This document shows, in pieces, positions 49,500 through 64,000 of a stretch of DNA of 64,000 bases. Under the pieces are notes generated by a model. That model saw nothing but the letters and a program-made list of their open reading frames with translations. It had not been told where the DNA came from and did not search any database. Source of the DNA: Prorocentrum cordatum (Eukaryota); contig CAUYUJ010000078.1 of NCBI GenBank assembly GCA_963575745.1, positions 1 through 64,000 of the forward strand, read 5' to 3'. Within the stretch, counting starts at the first letter, position 1, and each line of letters starts with the position of its first letter. Both the position numbers and the translations under genes were made by a program.

Positions 49500-50580
49500 G
49501 CTCCTGCTCCTGCCTGCTCTCTCCTCCTCCTCCTCCTCTCTTCCTCCTCTTCCTCCTCCTCCCTCCGCCTCCGCCTCCGCCTCCGCCTCCGCCTCCGCCT
49601 CCGCCTCCGCCTCCTCCCTCCCTCCTCCTCCTCCTCCTCCTCCTCCTCCTCCTCCTCCTCCTCCTCCTCCCCCTCCCATCCTCCTCCTTTTCCTCCTCCT
49701 CCTCCTCCTCCTCCTCCTCCTTCCTCCTGCTCTGCCGCCTCCTCCTTCTCCTCCTCCTCCTCCTCCTCCTCCTCCTCCTCCTCCGCCTCCTCCTCCTCCT
49801 CCCCTCCTCCTCTCTTCTTCTTCCTCCTCTTCCTCCTCCTCCTCCTCCTCCTGCTCTGCCGCCTCCTCCTCCTCCTCTTCTTCCTCCTCCTCCTCCTGCT
49901 CCTCCTCCTCCTCCCCCATCCTCCTTTTCCTCCTCCTCCTCTTCTTCTTGGTATTCTTATTATTCTTCTTATTATCATTATTTTTAGTATTATCATTTTT
50001 ATTATTAGTATTAGTATTATTATTATTATTTTTATTATTATTATTATTATTATTATTGTTATTATTAATATAATATGATGATTATTATTATTAATATTAT
50101 TAGTATTATTATTAGTATTAGTATTATTATTATTAATTTTATTATTCTTATTATTATTATTAGTTTTATTAATATCAGTATTAGAATTAGTAGTATTAGT
50201 AGTATTAGTATTATTATTGGTATTATCATTATTAGTATTATTATTAATAACAATGATATTATTATTAATAATAATAATACTAATAATAATAGTATTATTA
50301 TTATTCGTATTATTATTCTTATTTTTCGTCGTATTACTTTTCTTACTGTTATTATTACCCTTATTATCCTTAACATTCGTATTAGTAGTCGTCTTATTAT
50401 TGTTCGTCTTATTAGTCGTCTTCTTCTTGATACGAATCGTATTATTATTCGTGGTAACCTTATTGGTATTCTTCGTATTATTCGTATTATTACTATTCGT
50501 CTTATTAGTTGTCTTCTTGTTATACATATTATCATTAGTATTAATGTTATTCGTCTTATTCTTCTTATTATTATTCGTCA
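49300..50580. repeat. Compound microsatellite (GCT)n-(CCT)n-(TAT)n
   Basis: Direct inspection. Confidence 0.9.
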
Positions 50581-50699
50581 GAGTGAGGGGGCCGAACGGT
50601 CATTCACTGTCCCTGGGTGCGTGGCTGATGTGGAACTCCGCGGTGCGGGTTCTTGTTGTTGTTGTTGTTGTTTGTTGTTGTTGTTGTTTGTTGTCGTCG

Positions 50700-51400
50700 T
50701 CCCACCCGCAACCCGCCCCGCGACCCACCCGCGACCCACCCCGCGACCCACCCCGCGACCCACCCGCGACCCACCCGCGACCCACCCGCGACCTACCCCG
50801 CGACCCACCCCGCGACCCACCCCGCGACCCACCCCGACCCACCCCGACCCACCCCGCGACCCACCCCGAGGCCCACCCCGCGACCCACCCGCGACCCACC
50901 CGCGACCCACCCGCGACCCACCCGCGACCTACCCCGCGACCCACCCGCGACCCACCTTCGACCCAAACCACGTTCAAGGTACAAACCACAATTTTCGGCG
51001 CCTGCGGCGGGCTTTTTTTGCATTCCTTCCAAGTGGAGAGCCCGCGACACATCCCGTGACCAACTCGCGACCAACCCGCGACCCAAACCACGTTCAGGGT
51101 ACAAACCACATTTTTCGGCGCCTGCGGCGGGCATATTTCGCATTCGTTTCAGGTGGAGAGCCCGCGGCCCACCCGCGACCACGTTCAGGGTACAAACCAC
51201 ATTTTCGGCGCCTGCGGCGGGCATCCTTTGCATTCGTTCCCTGTGGAGAACCCGCGGCCCACCCGCGACCCAAACCTCGTTCCGTGTACGAACCATTTTT
51301 TTGGCGCTTGCGGCGGGCTGCTTTTGCATTCCTTCCAGGTGGAGGTGGAGAGCCCGCGACCCACCCGCGACCTAAACCACGTTCACTGAACAAACCAATG
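50700..51400 (-). repeat. (CCCACCCGCGA)n plus four ~75-nt subrepeats; same family as 16980-17345
   Basis: Direct inspection. Confidence 0.8.
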
Positions 51401-52390
51401 CCGCACAAGCGCGGCGGCGGATTCTTGCATGCCGTCTGAGCCCGCAAGGACCTCTTCACGCCCCGCACATCCACGCCAGCCCGTCCAGCAACTTTGCCCT
51501 GGCGAGTTGCCTTGATCAGAGAAGGCGGGGAGCATAAAGTGGAAAAAAGGATTGCGTTGCAGTTATCTTGGGAAAGGAGGGGGAGGCAGGATGAGTAAAC
51601 AGGGGACGAGGAGAACGTGGAAGAAGAGAGGGTGTAAGGAGAACGCGGAGAAAGAAAAGGAGGAGGAGCAGGAGGACGAGGGGGGGGAGGGGGAGGGGGA
51701 GGAGGAGGACGAGGAGGGGGAGGATGGGGAGGATGATGATGATGGACGACATGGGAGGACGATGATGGAGGCCGATGAGGGGAAGGACGACGATGGGAGG
51801 ACCATGATGAAAGGACGAGGGGGGGGAGCAGGAGGACGAGGAAGAAGAGGAGGAGGAGGAGGAGGAGGAGGACGAGGTGGAGGAGGAGGATGACGATGAC
51901 GATGAGGACGAGGAAGAGGAGGAGGAGAAGGAGGAGGAAGAGGAGGAGAAGGAGGAGGAGGAGGTGGAGGAGAGCGCCATCGACAAGGAAGGTGGGGGCC
52001 ACGAGGTCCGCCGGCTCGACGACGCCCGCGTCGCCCGCGCCCGCCCCCTCACTCTTATCCGCAATTGCGGGGTGCTACGTATTATTATTCGTCTTCTTAT
52101 TCTTCTTAATATTGATGTTAGTAGTCGGCGTCGTCTTCGTATTCGTCTTCGTATTAGTCTTCGTCTTCGTCTTCGTCTTCGTCTTCGTCTTCTTCTGCCT
52201 CTGCCTCTGCCTCTGCCTCTGCCTCTGCCTCTGCCTCTGCCTCTGCCTCTGCCTCTGCCTCTGCCTCCTCCTCCTCCTCCTCTTCCTCCTCATCCTCCCT
52301 CCTACTCCTCCTCCTCCCCCTCCCCCTCCCCCTCCTCCTCCTCCTCCTCCTCCTCCTCCTCCTCCTCCCTCCTCCTCCTCCTCCTCGAAA

Positions 52391-55300
52391 CGGGGGATTG
52401 TGGAGTCCCTGTGGGTTCCAAAGCGCGCGCGCGAGGCTTTCGCGCTGAGTTCGCGACTGTTTCTGTGCAAACTCTGCTCTGTGTCGTCCTCCTCCCTCCT
52501 CCTCCTCCTCCTCCTCCTCCTCCTCCTCCTCCCTCTCCCCCTCCTGCTACCTCTCTGCCTTTTTTTTTCTCCTGGCGCCCCCCCCCCCCCCATGAAAAAA
52601 ATCACGTGTTTGTTTATGGTGGGAGGCGCCAGGAGAAAAAAAAAAAAAAAGGGGGAATGCGACGTGGCCACATCTGCTCTCCCCCTAGACGGATTCCTAT
52701 TGAACGCCCCCATAAGAAGGATTCACAGTTAAATCCTCGACAGAAGGGTTCCTATCGAAACCCTCCACTGAATGATTCCTACTGGAATCCTCCACCTGTG
52801 GATTCCTACTGAAACCCTCCACTGACTGATTCCTACTGAAATCCTCGAATGGCAATGGCAATGGCAATTGCAATGGCAATGGTAATGAAATTGGTAATGG
52901 GACTGGTAATGGTTACGGTAATGATAGTGGTAAAGGGGTAGCGAGGCAATGACAATGGCAATGGCAACGGTAATGGTAATGGTAATGGCAATGGCAATGG
53001 CAATGGCAATGGCAATGACAATGACAATGGCAATGGCAATGGCAATGGCAATGGCAATGGTAATGGCCATGGCAATGGTAATGGTAATGGTAAGGGTAGA
53101 GGTAAAGGTAGAGGTAAAGGTAATGGTAATGGTAATGGGAATGGCAATGGCAATGGCAATGGTAATGGCAATGGTAATGGTAATGGGAATGGGAGCGGGA
53201 ACGGGAACGGGAATGGAAATGATAGTGGTAGTGGTAGTGGTAATGGTAATGGCACTGGTAATGGTAATGGTAATGGTAAGGGTAATGGTAATGGAAAGTC
53301 TAATGGTATTGGGAATGGGAATGAGAATGGGAAGTCTAATGGTAATGGCAGCGGTAATGGTAATGGTAATGGTAACGCTAATGGTAAATGGGAATGGGAA
53401 TGGGGATGGGAATGGAAATGGTACTGGCAATGGTAATGGTAGTGGCGAATGACAATGGCAATGGCAATGGCAATGGTGATGGTAATGGTAATGACAAAGG
53501 TAATGGTAATGGTACTGGTAATGGTAATGGCAATGGTAATGGTAATGGTAACGGGGTAGCGATTGGCAATGGCAATGGTAATGGCCATGGCAATGGTAAT
53601 GACAATGGCAACGGTAATGGTAATGACAATGGCAACGGTAATGGTAACGGTAATGGCAATGGCAATGGGAATGGCAATGGCAATGACAATGGCAACGGTA
53701 GTGGTAATGACAATGGCAATGGGATTGGCAATGGCAATGACAATGATAATGGCCATGGCAACGGCAATTGTAAGTGTAATGGTAATGGCAATGGCAAAGG
53801 GAACGGGAACGGGAATGTGAATGTGAATGGGAATGGGAACGGGAACGGGAATGGAAATGGTAGTGGTAGTGGTAACGGATATGGGAATGATAAGGGTAAG
53901 GGTAAAGGTAAAGGTAGAGGTAATGGTAATGGTAATGGAAGTGGTAATGGTAATGGTCATGGGAATGGGAATGACAATGGAAATGATACTGGCAATGGTA
54001 ATGGTAGTGGCTAATGGCAATGGCAATGGCAATGCGAATGGTAATGGTAATGGCAGAGGTAATGGTAATGGTACTGGTAATGGTAACGGTAATGAAAGTG
54101 GTAACGGGGTAGCGACTGGCAATGGCAATGACAATGACAATGACAATGGTAACGGTAATGGCAATGGCAATGGCAATGGCAATAGCAATGGGAATGGCAA
54201 TGGCAATGGTAATGGCCATGGCAATGGCAATGGCAATGGTAATGGTAATGGCAATGGTAATGTGAATGGGAACGGGAACGGGAATTGGAATGTGAATGGG
54301 AATGGGAATGGGAATGGGAACGGGCATGGACATGGCAGTGGTAGTGGTAACGGAAATGGGAATGGTAAGGGTAAGGATAAAGGTAAAGATAGAGGTAAAA
54401 AGGTAATGGTAATGGTAATGGCAATGGCAGTTGTAATGGTAATGGTAATGGTATTGGGAATGGGAATGTGAATCGGAGTGGTAATGGTACTGACAATGGT
54501 AATGGTAGTGGCGACGGGCAATGGCAATGGCAATGGTAATGGTAATGGCAGTGGCGAATGGCAATGGTAATGGTAGTGGCGAATGGCAATGGCAATGGCA
54601 ATGGTAATGGTAATGGCAATGACAGTGGTAATGGTAATGGTACTGGGAATGGTAATGGTGACGGTAACGGTTATGGCAATGGTTATGGCCATGGTAACGG
54701 GGTAGCGACTGGCAATGGCAATGGCAACGGCGATGGCCATGGTAATGGTAATGGTACTGGCAATGGCAATGGCAATGGCAATGGGAATGGCAACGGCAAT
54801 GGCAATGGCAATAGCAATGGCCATGGCAATGGTAATGGTAATGGTCATGGCCATGGTCATGGTAATAGTAATGGTAATGGTAATGGTAATGGGGATGGGA
54901 ATGGGAATGGGAATCGTAGGTGGTAATTGGAACGGGAACGGGAATGGAAATGGTAGTGGTAGTGGTAACGAGAATGGCAATGGTAATTGACATGGTACTG
55001 GTAACGGTAATGGTAATGGCAATGGTGATGGGAATGGGAATTGTGATGGTGATGGCAGCGGTAATGGTAATGGTAATGGTAATGGCAATGGTGTTGGTAA
55101 TGCTAATGGTAATGGCAATGGTAATGGTAGTGGCTAATGGTAATGGGAATGGTAATGGTAATGGTAATGGTAACGGTAATGGTAATGGTAACGGGGTGGC
55201 GATTGGTAATGGCAATACAATGGCAATGGCAACGGCACTGGTAATGGCAATGGCAATGGCAATGGCAATGGTAATGGCAATGACAATGGCAATTGGAATG

Positions 55301-55585
55301 ACAATGGTAATGGTAAGGGTAATGGTAAAGGTAAAGGTAAAGATAAAGGTAAAGGTAATGGTAATGGTAATGTGAATGGGAATGGGAATGGGGATGGGAA
55401 TGGTAATGGTAATGGTATTGGGAATGGGAATGGGAATGGGAATGGGAATGGAATGGGAATGGGAGTGGGAGAGATTGAGAGAGAGAGAGAGAAAGCGAGA
55501 GAGGAAATATCAGAATAATGATGAGGAGCAACGTGAAAGATCGTAAAACATCGTCTGAAACCCACAGGGACTCCACAATCCCCCG
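52391..55585. mobile_element. Non-autonomous TIR-bounded element carrying an (ATGGYA)n satellite
   Basis: CGGGGGATTGTGGAGTCCCTGTGGGTT[C/T]CA at 52391-52420 and its reverse complement at 55556-55585 (29/30); no coding capacity; no clear TSD. Confidence 0.75.
52848..55462. repeat. Hexamer satellite (ATGGCA/ATGGTA/ATGGGA) with ~500-620-bp higher-order units
   Basis: Marker TAA[C/A]GGGGT[A/G]GCGA recurs at ~52930, 53549, 54102, 54695 and 55189. Confidence 0.9.
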
Positions 55586-55589
55586 GCCT

Positions 55590-57015
<1,426 letters not shown>

Positions 57016-57074
57016 ATTCGTTCTCCAGATAGGCTCCTCCCTGTCGCACTCCGAGGCCAATTTTAGGGCGGGCC

Positions 57075-57590
57075 AGGCGTTTCGCTTAAGGCTTCCTCAC
57101 CACTTAGAACTCCGAAGCTTCAAACATGACATCAGCTTCACAGATGGAGGGCGGGTAGTTTTCAAAATGCGGGTTTCGCTTTAGCGCCGCGCACATGCTT
57201 TATAACAACTAGCAAAAAAAAAACACGGATTGCGGGCTGGTGTTTTCTTCAAAATCTGTCTCTCGCCTGAGCGCCGCGCACCTTCGTTATGAAACCTTGC
57301 AAGAGCTTCACGGATTGAGGGCGGATGGTTTGCAAAATGTGGCTCTCGCCTTAGCGCCGCGCACAGTCGTTTTCAAACTTTGCAGGGGTTTCACGGATTG
57401 AGGGCGGGTCGTGTTCAACATGTGGCTCTCGCCTTAGCGCCGCGCGTACTGGTTTTCAAAATTTACAAAAGGGTTCCGCGGATTGAGGGCGAGGATTTCC
57501 AACTAGTGGTGTTCGCCTTAGCGCCGCGCAAACTCGTCTCAAAAAGTACAAGAGGTTCACGGATTGAGGGCCTTAGCGCCGCGTACATTC
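57075..57590. repeat. About 85-bp degenerate tandem repeat (CACGGATTGAGGGCGG...CGCCTTAGCGCCGCGCA)
   Basis: About 6 units visible. Confidence 0.8.
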
Positions 57591-58559
57591 GTTTTATTGT
57601 CCAGTTTGCATGGATTTCACAGGTTCCCATGATCGGCGCACCAGAAACCGCGTTTTGGAAGGATTCAGGATTATGCGGGTGCAACAAACAGTTATGTTGA
57701 TTCGCGGTGTCGAAATCCCAAAAACGGCGTTCTGGCACGATTCTGGATCGTCAAGATGCAGCAGTCAGGTTGATGCATGGCGTTGAAATCCCGAGAACAG
57801 TGTTTTGGCATGCTTCATGATCTTCAAGCGGCTGTCTTCCAACGAGGCAGTTCCCTCAATTGAAATGGACCGCTGTAGGGGCCTATGAAGAGGGAGCTTG
57901 GAGGGAGGGTTAATTCCAACATTGTTGATGAGTCTTGGGTTTCCACTGGTCCTCCTCCTCCTCCTCCTCCTCCTCGTCCACGTCCTCGTCCTCGTCGTCC
58001 TCGTCGTCCTCGTCGTCCTGGCCGTCCTCGTCGTCCTCGTCGTCCTCCTCCTCCTCCTCCTCCTCTTCCTCCTCTCCTGCTCCTCATCCTCCTCCTCCTC
58101 CTCGTCCTCCTCCTGCTCCTCCTCCTCCTCCTCCTCCTCCTCCTCCTCCTCTCTCCTCCTCCTCCTCCTCCTCCTCCTCTTACTCCTCTTACTCCTCCTT
58201 CTCCTCCTCCTCCTCCTCCTCCTCCTCCTCCTCCTCCTCCTCCTCAGGTATTCCTCCTCCTCCTCCTCCTCCTCCGACTCCTCCTCCTTTTTTCTTCAAC
58301 GGGAAAGACTAAGCGGAGTCGGACCGGCGCGAATCCATAGGAGAAGCCGAATTGGAAACTGCTGGATTCGATCCCCTGGACCGGTACGAAACGCCCGCGA
58401 GGCGCCCGCGGTGAAACATAATCCGCCGACCCCTTGTGGGTCTCTAGGCGTGTGAGATAATACCCCCCCCCATAATCCCCCCCCCAGGGACCCCAAACCG
58501 GAGATTTGACCCCCCCCCCCCCGGGCCCAGCACGAGCGCGTCACGGGGCTCTTTTGGGC

Positions 58560-59449
58560 CCAAAAGGGGATCAAGACGGGCCCAGAAGGCTCCAAGAGGC
58601 CTCCAAGACGGCCCACGAGGGCCCCGAGACGCCAAACGAGCGCTCCCACACGCCCAAGATGGCCCCAAGACGAGCCTAGAGGCCTCCAAGACGGCCCAAG
58701 AGGTCCCCACGAGGCCCCAAGAGGCCTCCAAGATGCGCCCCAAGAGGGTCCCTAGACGCAAAAATTGGCCCATTCCCTTCGTAAAACGTATAATTTTCAC
58801 AAATTCGTTTTCTGGGCTTTCCGACGCTCCAAGACGGCCCAAGAGGCCCCGAAGACCGCCCCAAGACGGCCCAAGAAACCTCCAAGAGGGTCCCAAGATA
58901 ACCCAAGAGGGCCCCAAGACGGCCCAACAAGCGTCCAAGACGGCCCAACAGGGCCCCGAAAAGGGCCCCAAGAGCGCTCCAGGAGCGCCCCAAGTGGCCT
59001 CCAAGAGAGCTCAATATGGTCCCAGACAGCCCAAGAGCGATCAAAGACACCGAAGATGGCCTCCTGACGGCCCAAGATGCCCCCAAGAGGCCCCAAGAGG
59101 CATCCAAGATGCGTCCCAAGAGGGCCTCTAGACGCAAAAATTAGCCCGTTCCCTTCGTAAAGCGTGCGTTTTTTCACAAATTCGCCTTTCGGGCTTTCCG
59201 ACGCTCCCAGACGGCCCAAGAGGCCCCCAAGACCGCCCCAAGACGGCCCAAGAAGCCTCCAAGAGGGCCCCAAGACAGCCCAACAAGGCGCTAAGACGGC
59301 TCAAGCGGCGCCGAAGACGGCCCAAGAGAGCCCCGATGACGGCCCCAAGAGCGCTCCAAGTGGCTTCCAAGAGAGCTCAACATGGTCCCACACGGTCCAA
59401 GAGCGATCGAAGACACCCGAAATGGCCTCCAGATGGCCCAACACGCCCC
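58560..59449 (+). repeat. GGCCCAAGA-rich repeat with two ~375-bp internal units, cut by the Copia insertion
   Basis: TAGACGCAAAAATT.GCCC.TTCCCTTCGTAAA at ~58753 and ~59129. Confidence 0.8.
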
Positions 59450-62400
59450 TGAAGTCGAAAGTGAGCCTGGTAACTCAAATAGGGCATATAGCCTGGCAAA
59501 TAGCATCCATCGCTCTGCTGTGAGGGTACAGTATGAGGGGTGGATGGGTAAGATAGGATAAGATCGATGTAATGATCTTTCCAGCACATAGCGAACACAA
59601 GCAGTGTCCGGGCAAATAGGGCGCGCGTGCCTTGAGCCCAAGGCAGCGGCGCGCGAGCTATGTTCCCGATACTGTAACATCTCCCAAAGAGCTACCCTTA
59701 AAGTCGGGAGGGGAGGAGACGGAGAGCATAGTCGCACGCAAAGATCGCGCGCACGACTGTTTGCAAAGAAAAGAAAACAGTGCGTACAGTCTGGTCAAAC
59801 ACCAGACTGTAAGGCGAGTTTCCTCGCAAAGTATTTCACGCAAATACAGGACAGCCCTTTCAAACAATGAAGGGCTATCGGCTCAGTTAGAGGTAAGCCA
59901 AAATTAGGCCATACCTCACCAAGCAAATGTGTATTAAGGCAAAGAGCCTGAGTTGTACGAAGCCGGCTCGTTGCCAGGCGTGAAATATAAGGCTCGTTTC
60001 CGAGCAGCTAAAGGGGCGCCTTTATAGTAGGCGCCCGTGCTGGCAAACTGGACCGCGAGGGCAACAAGGACAGACTAAAATTGATTAGACTTAGGTTTGT
60101 CTCTGTCCTCGGGACCCCGAAAGGGAACAAATTGCTTCACGTCATACTTAAATGACTGAGTGCCTGACATCACTTCCAGAAGCAGCTCCCGATCGATGCT
60201 TCCCTTTGTATGCCCATATGCGGTCATATCCCTAGTATCACACCATTGCACATTATGTACTATACCTATATCCATGAGCTCACGTATCCAGCTGATATGT
60301 CCAAGCAGAGTCCGTTCTGTAGGTATTTTGAGATCCCTGCTTGATAAAGATTTGCAGACGGACTCAGCGTCTATGGTAAGAGAGACTTTGATAGCAAGGC
60401 CTCCAACTTCACGCATGTCTCGTAGTTGTCGTGGAGTCAAAGCCCCTGCCTTAAGCTCGTGGAGAGTAATGAGCGTAGGGTAACACTCATCAAGGTTATG
60501 TGCGGCTGCAAGTGCCTCCGCAGCATAACTGGACCTCACCTGTAATCGGTGTGATTTGCATAGTCCGTCACAGAGGTGAACGACGGACTTGCCTTGAGGC
60601 GAGTTTCCTCGCCGTAGTACGTTGGCCCCGCGTATGCCGTAGCCCTTGGTCTCGTCATCCTCCTCCCCGGTAAGCTTCCGATACCCCGAATCGCTATGGA
60701 TGTCAACTTCATTCGTCGGCTTCATCCGAGGGAAGGTGATACGTTTCGGGCTGCTGATCAGCTTTCGCGTCACAGCATTCAAACGTCTGACTTGCAAATT
60801 GGTGGGCTCTTGAATTTTCTGAAGAGAGACCACATATACCATGAGCCAGATTTGGGTAAGAAGGGCATAGGCGAGGGCTCCTCGCAGGCTGACGAACATG
60901 TCGGCAATGAGTTTCGTGGCTTTGGCGTCGGCCGCCGCTCCTGTAAGTTCTGGGTGTGTGATAGGACGTAGTTGTTTAATGTACTCGTCCTGGTCCATGA
61001 TCACATCTCCCTGATCTTTCTTAGTGTAGCGGACGGCGCAGTTCGTATACGTGTGCTTGTTGAGCTTGCATTTGCCAAACACCTTTTCGACACGTTGTAC
61101 ATAGTCGTCTATATGTTTCTCTAGACCTGTCATATTAATAGCATCGACATGTTTTGCCGTCAGAAGGTCTTGGCTGAATTCAAATTCAGGATCGTAGCTG
61201 GTCGGTGTAAGTCCTATAGCTCGTGTGGTCGTACGAAGTTTGAGAGAGAACGCTCTTGGAGCGTCCTTAGTACCCGTTCCTGGTTTGAGGCATCTAAGAC
61301 AGCGTCGACTTTCGTCGTAGGATGAGAAGCCGGGTAATGTACGAAGTACCTGAGCGCTTCCTGGTGGAAGAGTAAAGCAAACCATGCGAGTTTCCTCGCC
61401 GGTGGCATGGGCAAGTTCCTCATAGGTCAAACCCTTGAGGAACGCCTTATCGATATCCATGGATGCTAAGATCCACTCTGGATGGCATGCCGCTTCACTT
61501 GCCAGGAGTCGTTGGGACTGCCTTCGGGCGGTTCCCGAGAATGTTTCCACATCAAAAGCCTCAGTATCCATAAATCCACGAAGGACCAGTCTGAGACGAA
61601 TGGTTTTAACGTTCTCGGTACCCATCTTTACGAACTTCCACTTGTATACATATCTGGACGTCATGATGTTGGAAGCTTTGGATAAATCGTACATCTCAAA
61701 GCATCGATTATCAATCCAGATTTTGAGCTCAGTATATAAGGCTTCACTAACCTCCTTTGGATGTGCTGCTATGTCGGCTTTGGTTAGTAGATCATCTTCT
61801 TTGACAACCACAGCACGTTTAGCAGCAGAGGATACATATACTCTCATCGTTGCGACCATATCGGTATCGAGCTGTGCAAGTTGAGTCTGATCCAACACTA
61901 TTTTAGACATTTCTGATGTAAAGCATAGTTCAACGTAAGGACCGTATTCATCACTGTCTAGAGAGTAGCTCTCGTCGGTTGTGTTTGAACAAAGAGATAC
62001 TAGACAGGACTCACATGATTTCGGCTCGTCTCCGAGCATATCTGATGATATAATATCATCTTCGTCCACAAATGCTGAAACCAAAACACACTGGTCGGGC
62101 AGCATAGTTGTTGGGACGCAATAAAGATAATCATCGGTAATCGTCGTAGGATGAAGGTCCATACGTAGCTCGTCGTACCACTCTTCCAGCATCATAGCTT
62201 CAATATTGTGTTCCTCATTTTCCTCATAGATTGTCGACAGACGGCCTTCGCTCGGCGATGAAGCGTCTGGTGTGTCTGGAGAAGGCCTGTTTCCAGGCGA
62301 CTCGTGTTCTCCAGACGTGTTGCTTGGATGCTGATATTTAGCCAAATCGTCGTGAAATCCTAAGGAAGGGACACGTGAAGTCAAGCATTGAATAAGTCTG

Positions 62401-64000
62401 GAGTGAGTGCTACCAGTGATCTGAGAAATGTTTAAGCCAGTGCCCACGCATTCGTAATAGTGGAACGCCGGGCTGATGTCGTTGTCATAGTGGATCAGCG
62501 TAGACCCGGTGGCGTACTTTACTGCAGGTAGGCTTGGCACACTCTTAGCCAATCGAACTGCTACTACATGTTCTACTCGGAAGTAATTCCGTACGAGATA
62601 CTGTAGTGCTAAGTGTACGCGCGGGTGAAACTTGCTGTCGTCTGACAGATTAAGGTTTCCCTTGTAGTCGGGGATATACCCGAAAACTTTGGCAGGTTTC
62701 CCTGCGCTGAGGTGTGCCACATAAGCAAGGACGGTTTGCATGGCCATGTTATCCATGCCAAGTTCCCGTGTGAGGAGACATTCGATGTATAGTGTGTGAC
62801 GAGCATCAGGATACATCACAATTACCCCACGAGATCCTGCCTTGACAACAATGTCCTCTTTCAGGCACGTTTCGGATCACCGGGAATGGGCCGTTCCAGC
62901 CTCCATGGTCGTCCTTGGTGGCAGTAGGTCGGTGGTAGTCGACCAAATCCCCTGATGAGTAGAGGCGAGCACCATCAGGAGTCGTCTTAGCCCTAAGAGC
63001 CCGATTTGTCTTGGCTACAGCAGTAGCCTGAGTTATGGCTTCGAGGCTGACTTCCCTTACACGACGTTCTCGTTCGTGTCCTGAAGTCTCGGGTCCCTTG
63101 GGAAAGTCAAGGGTATCGAGATCAGGAAGGAAGGAGGGCTGACGTCCTGTGTGTGCCTGATATGGCGATACTCCGTTATAAAACGTAAACGCATTAGTAA
63201 CGAAGATGCCTTCCGCCAATACTCTAGTGAATACAACAGGGATGTTGTGTCTATTCAATTCTTCCTCAATCATGTGGAGGACGCCTCTGAGAATGCCGTT
63301 TCGTGACTCAATTGAAGTCGCGTGTTGGCCAGGTGCACGGATACGAAGTTCCGTGCCCTTATTGGCCATCATGGTTTTAGCGGCATCGTTATTCAGGGCG
63401 CCTTCTCCGTCTGAGTATAAAACTTTGAAGGGTCCGTGATAGGCAATCCAGCAATAGTGGTAGGCGTCGATGATAGTGTCGCGTTCTCTGTCGGAAATCT
63501 CTAGGCCTGCTGCCAGGCGAATACAACGGTCCATAATATGAAAATGGTCCGTTTCTTGTAAAACATGAGGTCCATTTCCCCTTCATCGAGCCAGTTACCA
63601 GGGAGGCTTACCGATGGTAATGTCGAGTTTCCTGGACGTTCCCATGCTCTACATTCCCGACAGGTATCGCAGATTTCCTTGATCATGTTCAGTCGAACGT
63701 TATCAAGCCCCACCTTTTCGAGGATTCGCCTCATCTTTGGCTCCTTCGCATGACACCATCGCAGATGCAGTTTTCGGAGTTCCTTTGTCACAACATGGGG
63801 TTCGTGACTACGGAGACCCTGTAGACTGTGTTGGATGTCAAATCTCGCCCAGTCGGGTAGTCGTGGAGCCCCAGAGCCGGTGGAGGCAAGAGGGTTCCTT
63901 GTAGCTCTACGTAGTTGATCCCCTGTGTTGACTGCGTCTGGAGGTGGTGGTACGCCTTGTAGACGTCCGCGGCGGGCCGCTACCTGTGGCGCATCGCTAG
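59450..64000 (-). mobile_element. Ty1/Copia LTR retrotransposon, 3' part; 5' end beyond the window
   Basis: IN-RT-RNase H order; ends ...CGACTTCA on the minus strand at 59450, where the flanking repeat is cut; inner LTR boundary not determined. Confidence 0.85.
60075..63800 (-). pseudogene. Copia pol (integrase, RT, RNase H) with frameshifts and catalytic substitutions
   Basis: IN: KLHLRWCH..CDTCREC, MDLMF, YSDGEG, IESRNG. RT: SRYVYKWK, RLVLRGF, DIDKAFL, KDAPRAF, HVDA (normally HVDD). RH: HSDS, AAEAL, IDAES, MTAYGHTK (normally ADG). Frameshifts at ~63535 and ~62815. Confidence 0.9.

Noticed and set aside
58340..58450. Possible hammerhead ribozyme (CTGCTGGA...CGAAAC)
   Set aside because: Core does not match CUGANGA and stems could not be built convincingly; a covariance-model search would be needed.

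Overview
Eukaryotic, GC-rich, repeat-saturated DNA. It is most likely dinoflagellate (inference): several degenerate copies of the dinoflagellate spliced leader DCCGTAGCCATTTTGGCTCAAG are present, and GC-AG and GA-AG introns recur. No host gene could be called confidently. The window is a nest of mobile elements. (1) 1-~8450 (-): a DIRS-type tyrosine-recombinase retrotransposon (gag, RT-RNase H, YR) whose three ORFs can only be read after removing about 27 short (48-81 nt) spliceosomal-type introns; this is the most unusual object here. (2) 11446-16650 (+): a full-length APE-RT-zinc-finger LINE with a 20-bp TSD, an SL-like 5' end and an extra overlapping ORF 3' of RT. (3) An old RNaseH-APE-RT LINE split by (4) a 14.5-kb CCC...GGG TIR DNA transposon (EnSpm/CMC-like, 30262-44816). 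Each of its genes is preceded by an SL relict, and it contains (5) a second, 5'-truncated LINE with the same extra 3' ORF. (6) A TIR-bounded hexamer satellite (52391-55585). (7) A degraded Copia element (59450-64000, -). The rest is micro- and minisatellite. All intron models and family assignments were read by eye and have not been checked against transcripts or databases.
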